Part shown: piece after piece, positions 63,549 to 64,000 of the stretch
Numbering within the stretch: position 1 is the first letter of the stretch
Layout of the letters: the number at the start of each line of letters is the position of its first letter
NCBI GenBank assembly: GCA_965644295.1
Contig: CBFFRP010000357.1
Location: 62,001-126,000, forward strand
DNA from: Paraphysomonas bandaiensis
Lineage: Eukaryota > Protista > Chrysophyceae
Direction of reading: 5' to 3'
DNA: 64,000 nt
Made by a program: the position numbers and the translations under genes
The notes under the pieces: model-generated
The model's input: only the letters and a program-made list of their open reading frames with translations
The model's database searches: none
What the model was told of the DNA's origin: nothing

Positions 63549-64000
63549 TATTACAATGCAATATATAATTAAAAGAAAAGAGGGTATGTCATCTAATATA
63601 TAGGAGCTCTCCTCTCTCTCTCTATGATAAGATACGACTGTTACTGCAGCATATAGATATCTATATCTATGGAGCTTGAAGTGCAATAAATCATCATGAA
63701 TTGGTGCTTGGTGCGCTATAACTAAAATATACCAATTTTTTAGTTTTATAAAGTACATCAATACTAAAACCACATATTTTCATTATAAAAACCACATATA
63801 AAAAAAATATCGCAGTTTTAGTCTACTGCTGTATTTTACACATCAAAAACCATAACAGTAAAAAACTGGTAATATTCAGCCCATAGTATATAGTGTATGT
63901 ACAGCCATGTACGGTATATGAGATGAGGGTGTTCTATCTTAACACATGCATCCATAGATATCACTATTGTAATTGAAATGAAGCCCATCTGTACCTCATA

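Overview
Gene-dense eukaryotic nuclear DNA with short GT-AG introns (about 46-141 nt). The gene content and PTGQPS-repeat protein suggest a stramenopile, probably an ochrophyte or chrysophyte (inference only). Bases 1-16752 are a near-identical tandem triplication of a ~6.3 kb unit carrying a sterol C4-methyl oxidase gene and two truncated neighbour-gene fragments. Units 1 and 2 share an internally deleted hAT transposon whose empty site is visible in unit 3. Unit 3 instead has a Ginger/KRBA2-like TGT...ACA element inserted in a (TACA)n array. Downstream genes are an NT-C2 coiled-coil protein, an LRR/mucin-stalk multipass receptor, an ~11 kb WW/C2/pseudokinase gene, a P5B ATPase, an alpha/beta hydrolase, a JmjC protein, mitochondrial uS15, a DHHC palmitoyltransferase, a menin/transglutaminase-like protein and an EF-hand membrane protein, plus copia, LINE-like and MITE remnants. 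The strongest candidate for an undescribed system is 54505-57296, where a voltage-sensor (S1-S4) membrane module of the ciliate/apicomplexan ion-channel-like adenylyl cyclase type is fused to an intact class I cyclic-nucleotide phosphodiesterase. The second notable pattern is that every long (TACA)n array lies just 5' of a gene, mostly between head-to-head pairs. No rRNA, tRNA or CRISPR was seen. All family calls come from motif recognition by eye, not database searches.
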